From the NCBI GenBank assembly GCA_051362555.1, contig CM120642.1, positions 6,324,001 through 6,388,000 of the forward strand: a stretch of 64,000 nt of DNA. The letters are read 5' to 3'. Position numbers and translations under genes: made by a program. How positions within the stretch are numbered: the stretch's first letter is position 1; each line of letters begins with the position of its first letter. The notes under the pieces are model-generated. The model was not told where the DNA came from. It ran no database searches and worked only from the letters and a program-made list of their open reading frames with translations. This document shows positions 37,817 to 49,343 of this stretch, in pieces. Source of the DNA: Lingula anatina (Eukaryota > Animalia > Brachiopoda).

Positions 37817-40610
37817 GCAACACAGTAGGTAGACATATTTAATTTAATCAGCAGATAATATCAAACTTTTCTTCTAAAATTGATTTAATTTTTATTTTGT
37901 TAGGGAAATATGAATTTTGAACCAACACAAATTCACTGTATTTGTATTAGATGCTGTATTTGTAGCTGTCGTACATTTCATTTATTAGTTCATGCATGTG
38001 TTGTCTGTTGCATGTTGTTTTAATGCGTACATTTGGATGTGTCTTTTTCAGGGTCCACCAGGTCCACCTGGTCCTGTAAGTGAGAGTACCATCATTCCAT
38101 CTGAATACCTCAGCTACAGACTGAGGAGAAGCACCAAAGAGAGAAAAAAGAGGGCAGCAGGACCAGATTTGGCCATGTACGATCAGTCCCCTACAGTAAA
38201 AGAAGAGGTAAGTTTAACTTGTGGTATATTTTGATTTAGTCAAATACTTGAAAACAGGGAAAATGTGTACATTAGCACCAAAACAGTGATTAGATGATAA
38301 AAAAATGAAAAAATGATTAAAAATTAAGGATGTACTTCTTTAACATCTCCTTTTACTGCATACGCTAGGAAGGCGTCACTCTGACACTGTAAAGAAACAG
38401 CCCAGGTTGTCTGTAATTGGTGTACACACCAGTCACTTGTTTCAAGACACTCCACTCCAGGTTGCATAGCACTATATGTTCCTTTTATGGCCTTTACATT
38501 GTTATCATATTGTCTCTTAAATCCACTCATACAAAGCACCCACATGTGTCTTTCACATACAACTTGATGAATTGCAACACATTATATCTATTCCATGTTT
38601 GTCTTCATACAGATAAATAAAAAGCAAGACACTGGTCCAAATCCAATGTCTCCAACACTGACGAGAATAGTGGAGTCCATCTTCCAACACATTGACCAGC
38701 TTACAGAAGATATAGAAGGGATGAAGTTCCCCAAGGGCAGCCGAGACAACCCAGCCCGTACATGCAGAGACATATACCTAGGTCATCCGGAGTTCAAGGA
38801 CGGTATGTCGAAAAGAAAGAGTTGGAATTAAATTGTCCAGGTTTTTGACAGTGGTACCTTGAGTTACAATGTGAGGTCAGACAATTAGAATTGAATGACA
38901 TGGTGCTTGAAGTGGGATTTCCACAGCATATATGTTGAAACAGTTAGAATTGGATGGTTTAGTGCTTTATGTGGCATGGTACCTGAAGTTGCATTCACAC
39001 TGTGTATACATTGTGGGTTGAAACAATTGGAACTGAATGATTTAGGAACTAGACAAAAGGCCTTTTGAATAATTTTTGAAACTATTCTGTTCTACTATCC
39101 TTAGGACTCTTTTCCCAGACCCATTTTTGATTAATAATGTTTTGAGAAACAAACCTCTGGTGTATAAGGGGTTATTTTGCTGTCTTAAGACAACATATTT
39201 TTGATGACCACTGTTGTTCTTCACAGGCTGGTACTATATAGATCCTAATTTGGGTGTGGCCAATGATGCTATCCAGGTCTGGTGTAACTTGACAGCTCAT
39301 GGAGAGACATGTGTCTATCCTGACAGAGAAAAGAGAATGGTAAGGGTGCTGGCATCTGAATAAAATTTCCCATTGGAAAATTAGAGATGATACACTTTTT
39401 ATCCGTTTGGATTATTTCCCCCTTTGATGTATGTTTGATGTAAAGAGAATTTTAATTTGAATGTTGTTAGATTTTGATTTGGGAAGATGTTTGTCCATCC
39501 AGACAGAGAAAAGAAAAAGGTAAAGCAAGCTTGTTGTTAATATTGGGTTTTGGAAAAAGGGGGGTTAAAAGAAAGCAAGAGAAAAGGAATGAGTTTATAC
39601 CAAATGGCATACAATATAATAGTGGATTAGTGGTTATTGATAATGTCCATTTTTTCAGATGATTCCCAAATTCTGGGAGAAAGCCAAAGACGTTGACAAC
39701 CCAGACAAGTGGTTCAGTGAGTTAGTGGGTGGTTTCAAGGTGCGTAATGCTTTCCTTGCTTTTCTACATATGAAACAGAATAGTTGAGGATACCTAAAAA
39801 ATGACACTTTAAAGACATCGTTCTGCATATCCATTCTACCAGTTTAACATTCCCCCCACCCCAGCCCCTCTTCCCACCACCACCACCACCACCAAATGTT
39901 AAAATTATGAAATTACAAAATTAGTCATTAACCACTGTGGTCTGCTTTGGACCAATGGACTCTTAGACCTTGGAAGCTGAAAGCATCATTTCCATCCTCC
40001 AGATAAGTTATGCCAATGATATCCAGTTGGTGTTCCTTCGACTGCTGTATTTCCAAGCCACACAGAAGTTTACTTATTTCTGCACCAACTCTGGGGGTTG
40101 GTACGACCAGGAGAAACAGAACTACGACAGTGCCATTATGCTAGAGGGCGCCAATGACTATGAGTGGAATACGAGCAAGCTGACACCGAAAGAAGTTATA
40201 TTTGATGGCTGTTCGGTATGAGTATCAGAACATTTTGTTTTGCATTTAATACATTCAATAACTTTTTCTTTTGCTGCCAGTTTTTTTTTTTAAACTTCCA
40301 TCCATAAAACTATCATTTCAGCAAGTGATCTACTAGTACCCATCCTTTTACTTGGATATCATGCTAGAAAAAATATCTACCATTTTTAGATAATGACATG
40401 GCTTACTTTCTTTGGAATAACATTTCAATTTTGTATGTAATTTGCTGACATTTTTTTCACTTTCAGAATGGCCGATCAAATAGCTATACAGTTTTCCAAC
40501 TAAAGACCAGTAAACTAAACCAATTGCCAATAGTTGACTTTATGCCAAAGGACTATGGGCAACCATGGCAACAGTTTGGATTTGAAGTGGGGCCAATTTG
40601 TTTCCGATAA
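15007..40610 (+). CDS. COL5A1/COL11A1-like: Fibrillar collagen alpha chain, clade B (type V/XI-like); 52 coding exons visible, 5' signal-peptide exon not found; ~1667 aa encoded in window
   Basis: Exons read by hand with AG acceptors, GT/GC donors and a continuous frame: 15007-15189, 19198-19411, 19729-19897, 20338-20505, 20902-21033, 21350-21421, 21963-22037, 22363-22434, 22890-22946, 23178-23231, 23752-23805, 24100-24153, 24596-24649, 24928-24981, 25235-25333, 25598-25642, 25880-25933, 26326-26424, 26664-26708, 26900-26998, 27243-27350, 27530-27637, 27833-27931, 28342-28494, 28859-28912, 29254-29307, 29680-29733, 29930-29983, 30146-30238, 30625-30678, 30853-30906, 31272-31379, 31698-31805, 32148-32201, 32528-32689, 33120-33281, 33759-33866, 34261-34368, 34560-34721, 35053-35106, 35608-35661, 35970-36023, 36349-36456, 36994-37047, 37366-37401, 37709-37744, 38052-38207, 38613-38802, 39227-39339, 39659-39739, 40003-40215, 40467-40610 (TAA). 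Phase-0 Gly-start exons, mostly 45/54/99/108/162 nt, are the fibrillar collagen hallmark. TSPN plus COLFI, with sequence resembling alpha1(V)/alpha1(XI), indicates clade B. Confidence 0.97.
18079..18860. repeat. 42-bp minisatellite (core ~18240-18660, degenerate flanks) in a collagen intron
   Basis: Unit AAGGAATGTTATACCCCTTGGTGTAGCATGAAGCAGTGGTGT recurs every 42 nt (starts near 18281, 18323, 18365 ...). Confidence 0.95.
19642..19686. repeat. (TAA)n microsatellite
   Basis: Read directly from the sequence. Confidence 0.95.
20523..20563. repeat. (GAT)n microsatellite
   Basis: Read directly; preceded by a short (TAA)n. Confidence 0.95.
21745..21872 (+). mobile_element. Degenerate SINE 3' portion (LINE2-type tail)
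   Basis: gccccagggaggtga...ggccagggataaattgtaaatc...gctataaaacatagcc resembles the CCCCAGGGAG...CCAGGGG..TGTAAAGCGC...GCTATA tails of invertebrate SINEs; recognised from memory only. Confidence 0.35.
22165..22217. repeat. (TG)n microsatellite
   Basis: Read directly from the sequence. Confidence 0.95.
24881..24924. repeat. (ATTT)n microsatellite abutting a 3' splice site
   Basis: Read directly; followed immediately by cag and the exon at 24928. Confidence 0.95.
31880..32134. repeat. Tandem duplication of a 128-bp intronic segment
   Basis: 31880-32007 and 32008-32134 are near-identical (one substitution seen: aaagcagcag vs aaagaagcag). Confidence 0.95.
34191..34255. repeat. (AAT)n microsatellite abutting a 3' splice site
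   Basis: Read directly; followed by ttcag and the exon at 34261. Confidence 0.95.
37772..37814. repeat. (CT)n microsatellite
   Basis: Read directly from the sequence. Confidence 0.95.
38613..40610 (+). other. COLFI C-propeptide exons of the collagen
   Basis: [74 protein letters not shown] are canonical fibrillar collagen C-propeptide motifs. Confidence 0.96.
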
Positions 40611-43600
40611 GCACTAATGTTGCCCTATCCCTGCTCACATGGAGTGACTCTTGATAGCTGAATCCTAGAATCTGACAGGGGTTGATAAAGGCAAGGAAGG
40701 ACTTGTTTCCTGCTTTGTGATTTCAATCCGAGTGCCAATTGAGGAAAAAAGTTGTAAATATGGCATTGATTTATGGTCAGCAAATGATCTTTTTTGAGAA
40801 GTAAGTTATATGGTATGGATATTTGATAAGAAGTGAAATAATGAGCGAAAATATTCATCAATATATTAGATATTGTTTCATTAAATTTTTTTGAGTGAAT
40901 AAGTGGACTATAAAGGCTCTGAGATAAAAAGATCCACCTTTCATTTCCAGTTTGCTTATGTCATCTACATAGGCAAAGAGAAATGTTTCACATCTTATCT
41001 GTTCTTGCCACATTGAAATCACAAATGCAGGAAGCAAATTATTTCTGTTCTTGTACATTCTCTAATAGAAGGAACAGCTTGTTGATGAGTTCTTTGTTTA
41101 AGGGCATGGGGGAGCAACAAAGTGATGTATGATATGTGTAGAGATGAACAGCTGGGCTTTCAGCCTTCTAGCTTGCCTGGCCAAGGTAATTGCGCCCATA
41201 AATCGTGTTCTTGACTAATTAATGGCCATCATAGCATCTTTTGAGGGATGTCCATATAAAGTGAGTGGACTATTATACTAGAACTACATTGAAAACACTG
41301 CAAAACATAAAATAGTTGGATTACTGCAATTTTTTCAGCAACTTTTTCAACCAGTCAGACATGGCTGTGAATATAGAATTTGATAGTTTACTAATATATA
41401 AATTACTATGGAGAAATAAGGCCATTCCCTAAACACTCTGTTTGCCAATAAAAACTCTCTCTGTTTTATCTCTCTCATCTGTTCCTCCACTAAGCGTGGC
41501 TTGTCTTGGTTGAAAAAGTCATGTGAACCAAGACAAGCCACACTCTTAAATCTGACAGAAGCGTACCGTTATCTTGGTGAGGTAAGCTTTAAGGTGTCTC
41601 AACCATTGCATATGACAACTTTGCCTTGCTTGCCTTTGGTTGCAAGAATTAATTGCATTGTGTATATTTAATGAAAGGTTTTGGACATAGAAAGCTAACT
41701 AAAATCTGGTTATTTTTATCCCAAGATCGAACTGACTTTAAAGGGGGAAAAAAAAAGATGAGCAAGACAAAGTTGCAATGTGCATTGTATATGGTAGGTA
41801 CATGATTGGCCAGACTTGAGTCAAATACATTACATGAAAAATAATATTTTATTTGACCCTGAAACTTGTAATTTCAAAGTTCCATCCAATTAAAAATGCA
41901 TATAGGTATTTATGTTTTTATTTAATTTTAGATGTTCCATTCCATAAATTCTCAATTTTAGTGTTTAATGTCCAATGTTCATGTGCATTCTTTTCACTGA
42001 CAATTTCGATAAGATTCCACTTTTTATTTTGAACATTAGATAGAGTACAGTGAGTACATTCGTATGGCTCTTGCTTCTGACCAAACAGGCACCTACTGGC
42101 TTATATTATGTGTACCATATAGACGAGCTAAGCTTTATTGGTTTGATGCAATAAACTTATTAACTTTTACACCGTTTTTGATATAGTGTAAAGTGTAGCC
42201 TAGAGACTAATCTGCAAAACAGAGTTCAGTTAATCACATTATATAATAATAACTTCACTATTAGCAATGATGGTGTATTGGAGATTTCAAATGGTGCTAT
42301 ACAGTATATCTGTGATTTTTAGATTCTGCAGAGAACTTGCATTCAGTTATTGTCAATGGGACACAGTTTCACAAAAGAAAGTAGCTCAAAAGTTCAATGC
42401 AACTTCAGTTCTGAAAATTTTATATCTGTGTTGTCCTTGGATATGTCTGTATTAGTCCACTAAAATGAAATAGCTATTGGTCTATAACATCATTAGTGTC
42501 TTACCTATAGTAAGGCAGAGCCGATATCCCTATTTAAATGGACTATCTCTGGTGTATTTTGGGTCAAGATAGATAAAAATTTTATAGGCTTTTTAGTTGG
42601 AGCGAACTTACAACATGCCTTCTTTTATGAAACTGGCCCCAGCTAGGGCTTTTCCCTGTGGTTTCCAATATGAAGGGCAGGCAATGATGGCTAAGGCCAG
42701 CACACATGGCGAGCTCTCTGCTGAGCTTCCAACCTCATGAGCCCAACAATGTCAACTCATTGCTCACGTTTTGGTGAGTTTTATTTTTGCCTCAGGAGAT
42801 CTGATACCCAGAAACACGTACTTGCTATATATCTCAAGTTGGGGCGCATGCAGACCTTATGGCTCAGACCTTACATGGCAAGTAGCTCAGCACAAAGCTC
42901 CAAGTGTGTGTTGAACAAAAAAGAGAAAAATTCACGGGTGGTAAACAAATGTGTAAACTCCATTCTGCTAACATCTGGAATAATAAACTCCAAATTGTCT
43001 TTTAGTTTCGCAGATTGCCCAGTCTTCCATATTGAAATCTGCAAGGAATGAGAACAAGTAGGAATCCACCCAGCTCAAATGATTTTGTAGAGCATTGCAG
43101 TAGTTAAGGCACAAGTAAAAGTGACAATCAGGTCTCACCAAATGCAATTATCTGTAATCTGAACAATTTGGGGTCGTATCCGTCTTTGATGCGACGAAAG
43201 TTCTCACCCAACAAGAGAAGGGATTGCTAGTTTGCCCCTTTTTAAAGCAGAATTTCTTGTGAAACACCTAAGAAATTGGGCCCACTGTTTTGGAGGAGGG
43301 GCACAGTAGTCAGATTGGTTAAAGGCCAGGCTGGAAAACAAGATAACACCGTTTTTTGTTTTATTTTTAATCGCTGCATTTTTTCAGTGAACACTTGTAG
43401 TTATAATTTCAAGAATTGCTTTGGGTACTATGCCAGGGTACTCTGTCCAGTGGGCTTTCATAAGCAGAGGTGATACCACTAATATTATCAATTCCACCTT
43501 GTTTGTGTTCATTAAGTCACAGCAGTTTTACTCTTTAGATACTAATCATAGCTATTATGAAGCCCTTTATTTTTATCAGTAATTATATACCGACACTTGC

Positions 43601-44271
43601 AGTGTTTGAGTAATGTGAGCGCTTCTGTGTATACATGTTGTTGTCAACCAATACATTCATTGACCTGAAAGATCCCAAATGTCTTTTTTTTTTACTATAG
43701 GTTTATTGGAAGGTTTTGTTTGATAAAAATGCATGCACATTTTGAAAAGAGGAATGGTTGGATCCCATCTCTATCCAAGCACCATTTACATTTATTGTGA
43801 CAATTGTTATAATTATCCACTAAGGTTTAATTGAACAAAATACAGGTTGAATTGAAAACTAATTGTAATATATTGTAAACTTTTATTGTACTATGGACGC
43901 AAAATTAATTTTTGATTAAACACATTCTGAGTAAAAGTTAGTTTCTCAAAGAAACAGCAACATAAATATTTTTTTGCATTTCTTTCAGAACAGGTTTTGG
44001 TTCAAATATTGAATCCAAAATATGAGGACTGATCTACACATTCAGTCTGAACTCGACTCCTGGCATGGCCATAGAGCCTTCTTCCAAATATTTTTGTTTA
44101 GCATCTGTATATTTGCCAGCTTTGCTGCCTAGTATTTTTATCATGTTTCAGCCTGGCCTCTGAACTGCTGTTGGGTTTCCCACTGCCAGTGTATTTAAGC
44201 TGTATCACTGCCATATTGTGGAATAAACTTTGTAATGACTGGCATCAAGTGTTAGTTTTACTGCTCTTCTG

Positions 44272-44548
44272 GTGGCCTGGTTCACAAAAGAACTTAATTT
44301 TGACCTAAAATTGGTATTAACTTTTTAAACTAAAAGTTGGTATAAACTTTAAGACCACAATTTGAGGGTACTTTAATATATTCAACCCAGTTGCTACTAA
44401 GATGAAAAAAATGCTGCAATTTTTTACCAGTCTTCATCCTACTAAACTGGGGGAATAAGCAGTTTCTTGTGGTTCAAAATAGGCCGAAATTTTGGTTTGG
44501 AGAATTAATATCAACTTTTGGGTTTCAGCTGTTTTGTGGACCTGGCCC
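44272..44548. mobile_element. MITE with long imperfect inverted arms and CWG flanks (Harbinger-like)
   Basis: ctg|GTGGCCTGGTTCACAAAA ... TTTTGTGGACCTGGCCC|cag; the arms stay imperfectly complementary for ~80 bp. A similar solo end (ttttatgaaactggccccag) occurs near 42623-42642. Confidence 0.65.
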
Positions 44549-45003
44549 CAGTGTTTCAATAATTTATGTCCATTACATTTTATAATTCTTCATGCTGTCT
44601 CATTTGGTAAAACTTCTTCATAACTTTGCACTGTATGAATTCAAAGAGAGAGAAATCCCAAATGCATTTCAACACTTAAAATGTACAGCAGCAGCAAGAT
44701 GTTTTAAGGAAGAGAGAATGTAACTATAAGAGAGAAAATATGGTAGAATGCCCCTTAACTTATCCTACTCCCCATCAGCTAAGAGGTGCAACATAAATAA
44801 AACAAATGAATAATACTAGTAATGCTGATAAACTTCTGAGCGAAACACACCGACTACAATTGCAGCTTGACTGCATTTGTTACATATCAATGTTTAATGT
44901 ACTGTTAGCTATACCATGAACTTCACATCTGATGGAGGCCAGTCTTCATTTCAACCCTCAGATAATCATCTAGATATGTGGTACAGTAGAAGAGTATGTG
45001 ACA

Positions 45004-45166
45004 CAGGGGTGGATTTAGGCTGTCTTTCAGGTCTTCCAGAAGACGGATTTTAAACTTTACATTGACGGGTGTCTAACTTTTCTGTCGGAAGACGGTCAGA
45101 AAAGGAGGATTGACCAACAAAAATAATTAGGAAGTCTGTAAGAAAATATCTCTGGATCTGCCCCTG
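45004..45166. mobile_element. Short TIR element (CAGGGG...CCCCTG type)
   Basis: Ends CAGGGGTGGATTTA ... TGGATCTGCCCCTG are near reverse complements; no clean TSD visible. Confidence 0.5.
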
Positions 45167-46047
45167 CAAACATCCTTAATACTAGTAGACCCATCTGAAA
45201 TTTGTGATTGGCATGGTGAACTCAATTCAAATTGGGTTTCTATGGATATTTGAAAATGAAGATGCTGGGCTGCTTCGGTTCCAAAACTTGGCCTAACATG
45301 ACCATATGAGGTACATTTAATACCCAGTTTTATACCATATGTTACAGTAGAAAGAAGTGCACCCTTTATTGGATTACTTATTGGAAGGTAATGTAAAAAT
45401 AAGACAATTGTCACAGTACGTCAGAGGACAAAGAAGCCTCTTGGTAGCCTGAACAATTTTTATTAACAGAACAGGTTTGTAACTAAAAATGAAGCTGAAA
45501 AAAATTCAACAAAAAAGCTCACATTTTGCAGACTGAAACTGACCTATTCATTAAAAAAAAAAAAAAAAATCTTATCAAATTGCCCATTTGACAATGTCAT
45601 TGTAGATTTGCAAGCTTCTGTTTTAAATTTTGTCAAAACAAAGCTTATGAATTTTGGCTCTGGTTTTGTCACATTTTCACTTCTCTTTGCATGGTACTTT
45701 ACTAACCCTACCAGAAAAAATGTAAATCTTGAAAAAGTGAGTAAAACTATTGAGTCACAATATATATACTTGAAGGATAATCTGAGGTGGAAATGCATTC
45801 CATGCCATTTTTTGGTGAAATGGTGTAAAAATCGGTACAATAATTATTCTGGACAAAAATTTCCAGAATACTAAATCATGAAGCTGTTCCAACATGCAGT
45901 TATACAAAAACTTGGTACATTTAATTAAGGTTTAATTGTAATACCCTATATGACACCCCTCAGAACACTTTCTTTCAATACATTATGTAAAAATTGGATG
46001 CCAGCGAAACACTAATACAAAATGCAGCTGTTCAGAAAATGAATAAA

Positions 46048-49000
46048 CTAAAAATTCAGTTTCTCTGATGCGAAGCCACTGTCCAGCATGGCGCTATGTT
46101 TGGAGGACTGCCGTGAGCCGTCCACACTGGCAGAGTCCAACATCCGCTGGTGAAGCAAACTGGTGGAGGTCACCAAGGAAGGGTGACCAAGTGGTGCCAA
46201 ATGACCACAGACCCCTTCCAGATCATCTCCAGTCAGGTCAGTCTGGACCTCATGGTCCACCTGCTGGACTTTGCTCACCGTTTTCATGTTATTGTTACCT
46301 ACAGCACCACCAACTACATGCCCAGTCCTATGCATGTACTGATTATTGACACCAACTTGAGCAGACCCCACTGCATGCTGGGAGGAAGTCACATGACAAA
46401 CATGTGACCCCAGTGCTGGTTTTGATTGGACAATTGTGGGGGTGATGAGTGGAGAATGGCGTGGTCCAAAGCTTGATGCTGCTGCCATGGGTAGAGTACT
46501 TGGGTAGATGCCAGCCTGGTAAGGAGAGAAAGCCGAACCTTCGTGTTTGCCAAGACTTTGTGGACTGTGTGGAGAGTGAGTGGAGCTCTCTGGAGGTGTG
46601 TTGCCATAGGGACTGTCATACCTCAGGGAAGATGTCGCTGGGCTCGCTGTGCGACTGTTGTTGCTGCTGTTGCCAGCATCTGAGATTTAAATAAAAATCA
46701 AGCCAATAAATGCAGACAGCACAGCTTTAACTGAACACAGATATAGTATTTGGTCAAACATTAAAGTAATAATGCCTTATAAACAGTAGCCTTGCTTCTA
46801 CTTTTTCAAAAATGTTTATGCACTAAGATTCTCTAATGCTACTCAGTGTTTGATGAATTTAATTTACATACCATGCTGAGCTTTGTCCTGTACTTTTAAC
46901 CTGTCGATCTTATCACTCAGTTCTAAAATATGGGACTCCTGTCTCCTGTTGATTTTTTTCATAACCTGGTATCTTTCCTCCATCGCCTGAGGAAATATGA
47001 TATATTTTATAGGAGGACTTTGGCATACAAAAGAGTCTTTAATGCATACAGAGATCATTTTACCTTATACACCAAAAAGAAAATAAAAAACTCATCACCT
47101 AAGATATGACCTATCAAAAACTCCTGAGAAAATTATAATCCATAAACTCATTTTTCCTTTGTGAAATGAGGGTTTTTCAATCAGAGTACATGATAGTTAA
47201 AGCCCACAAGCTGCAATTAAACATTTTATGTAAGAGGATAAAGGTATTCTACAATTCTTCACTATACTATTTTGTCTATGATAAGTTAACTTTGTGACAA
47301 TCTGTCTGTAGCATAGGCCTATACTGGACATAAAACATCTTAAATGATATGCTAGCACAGGCCTATGCTGGACAGATTCATCCCAGCATAGGGCTCTTAA
47401 CAGAGAATCTCTACTGTACACACCTTGATTTGGTCTTTATGCCTGTTTTTGACTCTTTCCAAAGTTTTCTTTTCCTCAGCCATGGCCATTTCTTTACTTT
47501 TCAACAGTTCCTCCACCTCGGCCAGATGACTCCTGTAGCCCTCCACCTCCACTGTCTTCTGGTCCAGACTTAGCCTGATATCTGAGGTAGAACAGACAAG
47601 TTTGACAAGTTTGGGATAATACACTGTTACCTGTGCAATATATGGCGGTACACGTCAAGGGTCTGTGATATATATAACCAGAGGGTGGCAGTATGACACT
47701 CAATGATGATCAATTTAGAAATTTGATATCCATCAGAAAAACAGAGATCAACATGATGTTTTATAGTAAAATAGATTCAGATATTAAGTGTGGGATATAC
47801 ACTGTCACCGAAACCATAAATAGAAGTGTTCAAGGCATACATCATGAGAGTGTATTATTTGCATACATACAGAGAGAAAGTCAAACAGGGCCGTACTACA
47901 GGACACAGAAAGGACACCATCCAGTGTAAAGGGAGCTTTCAGAGTATACCTGTACATTTTACATGCCCACTGGACAAAATTTTAGTCATTACTTCTTAGA
48001 CATTTGAATCATGACCCCCTTATTGACCAAACGCAGTACACTTACTGTTATTCTCTGCCTTGTATGTGTCTATCAAATAAAGAGTCTGCGGGCGAACTTC
48101 CTTCTGCAGAATCATAGCCTCTTGACGCTCCTTATACTGCTGTTGAAGCTCTCCCATTAATAAAATTTCTTTATTTAGATGATTGACCTGACAAAAAAAA
48201 GACATAAGTAATGTCAGTCTACCAAGACTATATATTGTAAAATCAATATCAAATATACCCATTTCTTATCTATATAAGGGTTCAAAATATCTTTAATGTT
48301 CCTAAATCCTCCAAAGCAGGTTTCTCTAATTCTGGCATTCATATTAATATTCAATTTTTCCCTGTGATTATAATGATTAATGAAGAGATTTTGTAGAATG
48401 AAAAAAAATAAAGAACAGTTAGTTGAAGGGCACAACTTTGAATTCAATACTTTGTGTTTTAAGCTTAATTTTTAATATTCATTTATTAAAGGAAATCAAC
48501 AAAATTAGGTACACAGGTAGAACAAAAAAAAAAACAAACTTTCCATCACCTTACAATATTGACCCCATTTTAGGACAAAGAAACTTCTCAAAGTTTTTTT
48601 TACCTGTTCTTGAAGTTCCTGAGTCATATCTGCTTTTTCCTGGGTCAAACCCAACTGGGTTTCCAGCTGAAATATCTGGGCTTTCAGGTTGGAGATTTCC
48701 TTGAAAATACCAATGTCACTGTTTGAACAAAATACTTAACATTTTCTATAGCCATATTGCATTTACATGTGTAGTTTTTACATGTTTCTTACTAGAACAA
48801 GCAAAACAAATTTTAAGTTATGTGCTATTGAAAAGCATGAATACTCCTCTGAGCTTAATGACCATGCAGCAGTTTTTTCCCCCTATCATTTTTTTCAATA
48901 TTACAAGCAGTCTTCAAATTAACAGTAAAAAGTTGCTAGTAGCCTGGTTACATTCAAAAGGGCTTAGTCCAAAGCCTACAATCTATATCATACACCCCTG

Positions 49001-49295
49001 GGTATTCAAACCAGGGTTAAAACCCATAGGCTCTAAGCCTTAACACATTATTATTAAATCTGCCCTCTAAATTTGAATTGTAACAAAATAAATTGATGGA
49101 AACTTCATCCACACATAGCTTACCTCTTGCAAATTATCATTTTCCTGCCTGTTAACGACTAACATGTTCTGTAGTTCTTTATTATTGTATTTCAGCGTTT
49201 CATTATCTTGAGTGAGTGATCTGAAAATGTAGAAAGATATGAATTAATCCTAACAACTAACAGATGACTACCAAACTGACTGCCATGAGTTCAAA

Positions 49296-49343
<48 letters not shown>

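Larger units (their letters stand above)
22902..38078 (+). other. Major triple-helical (Gly-X-Y)n domain, 3036 coding nt = 1012 aa (337 triplets + 1 extra residue)
   Basis: Sum of helical exon lengths from LAMR|[10 protein letters not shown] to GPPGPPGPV. Contains a KGHQ cross-link-type motif across the junction of exons ending 36023 and starting 36349. Confidence 0.9.
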
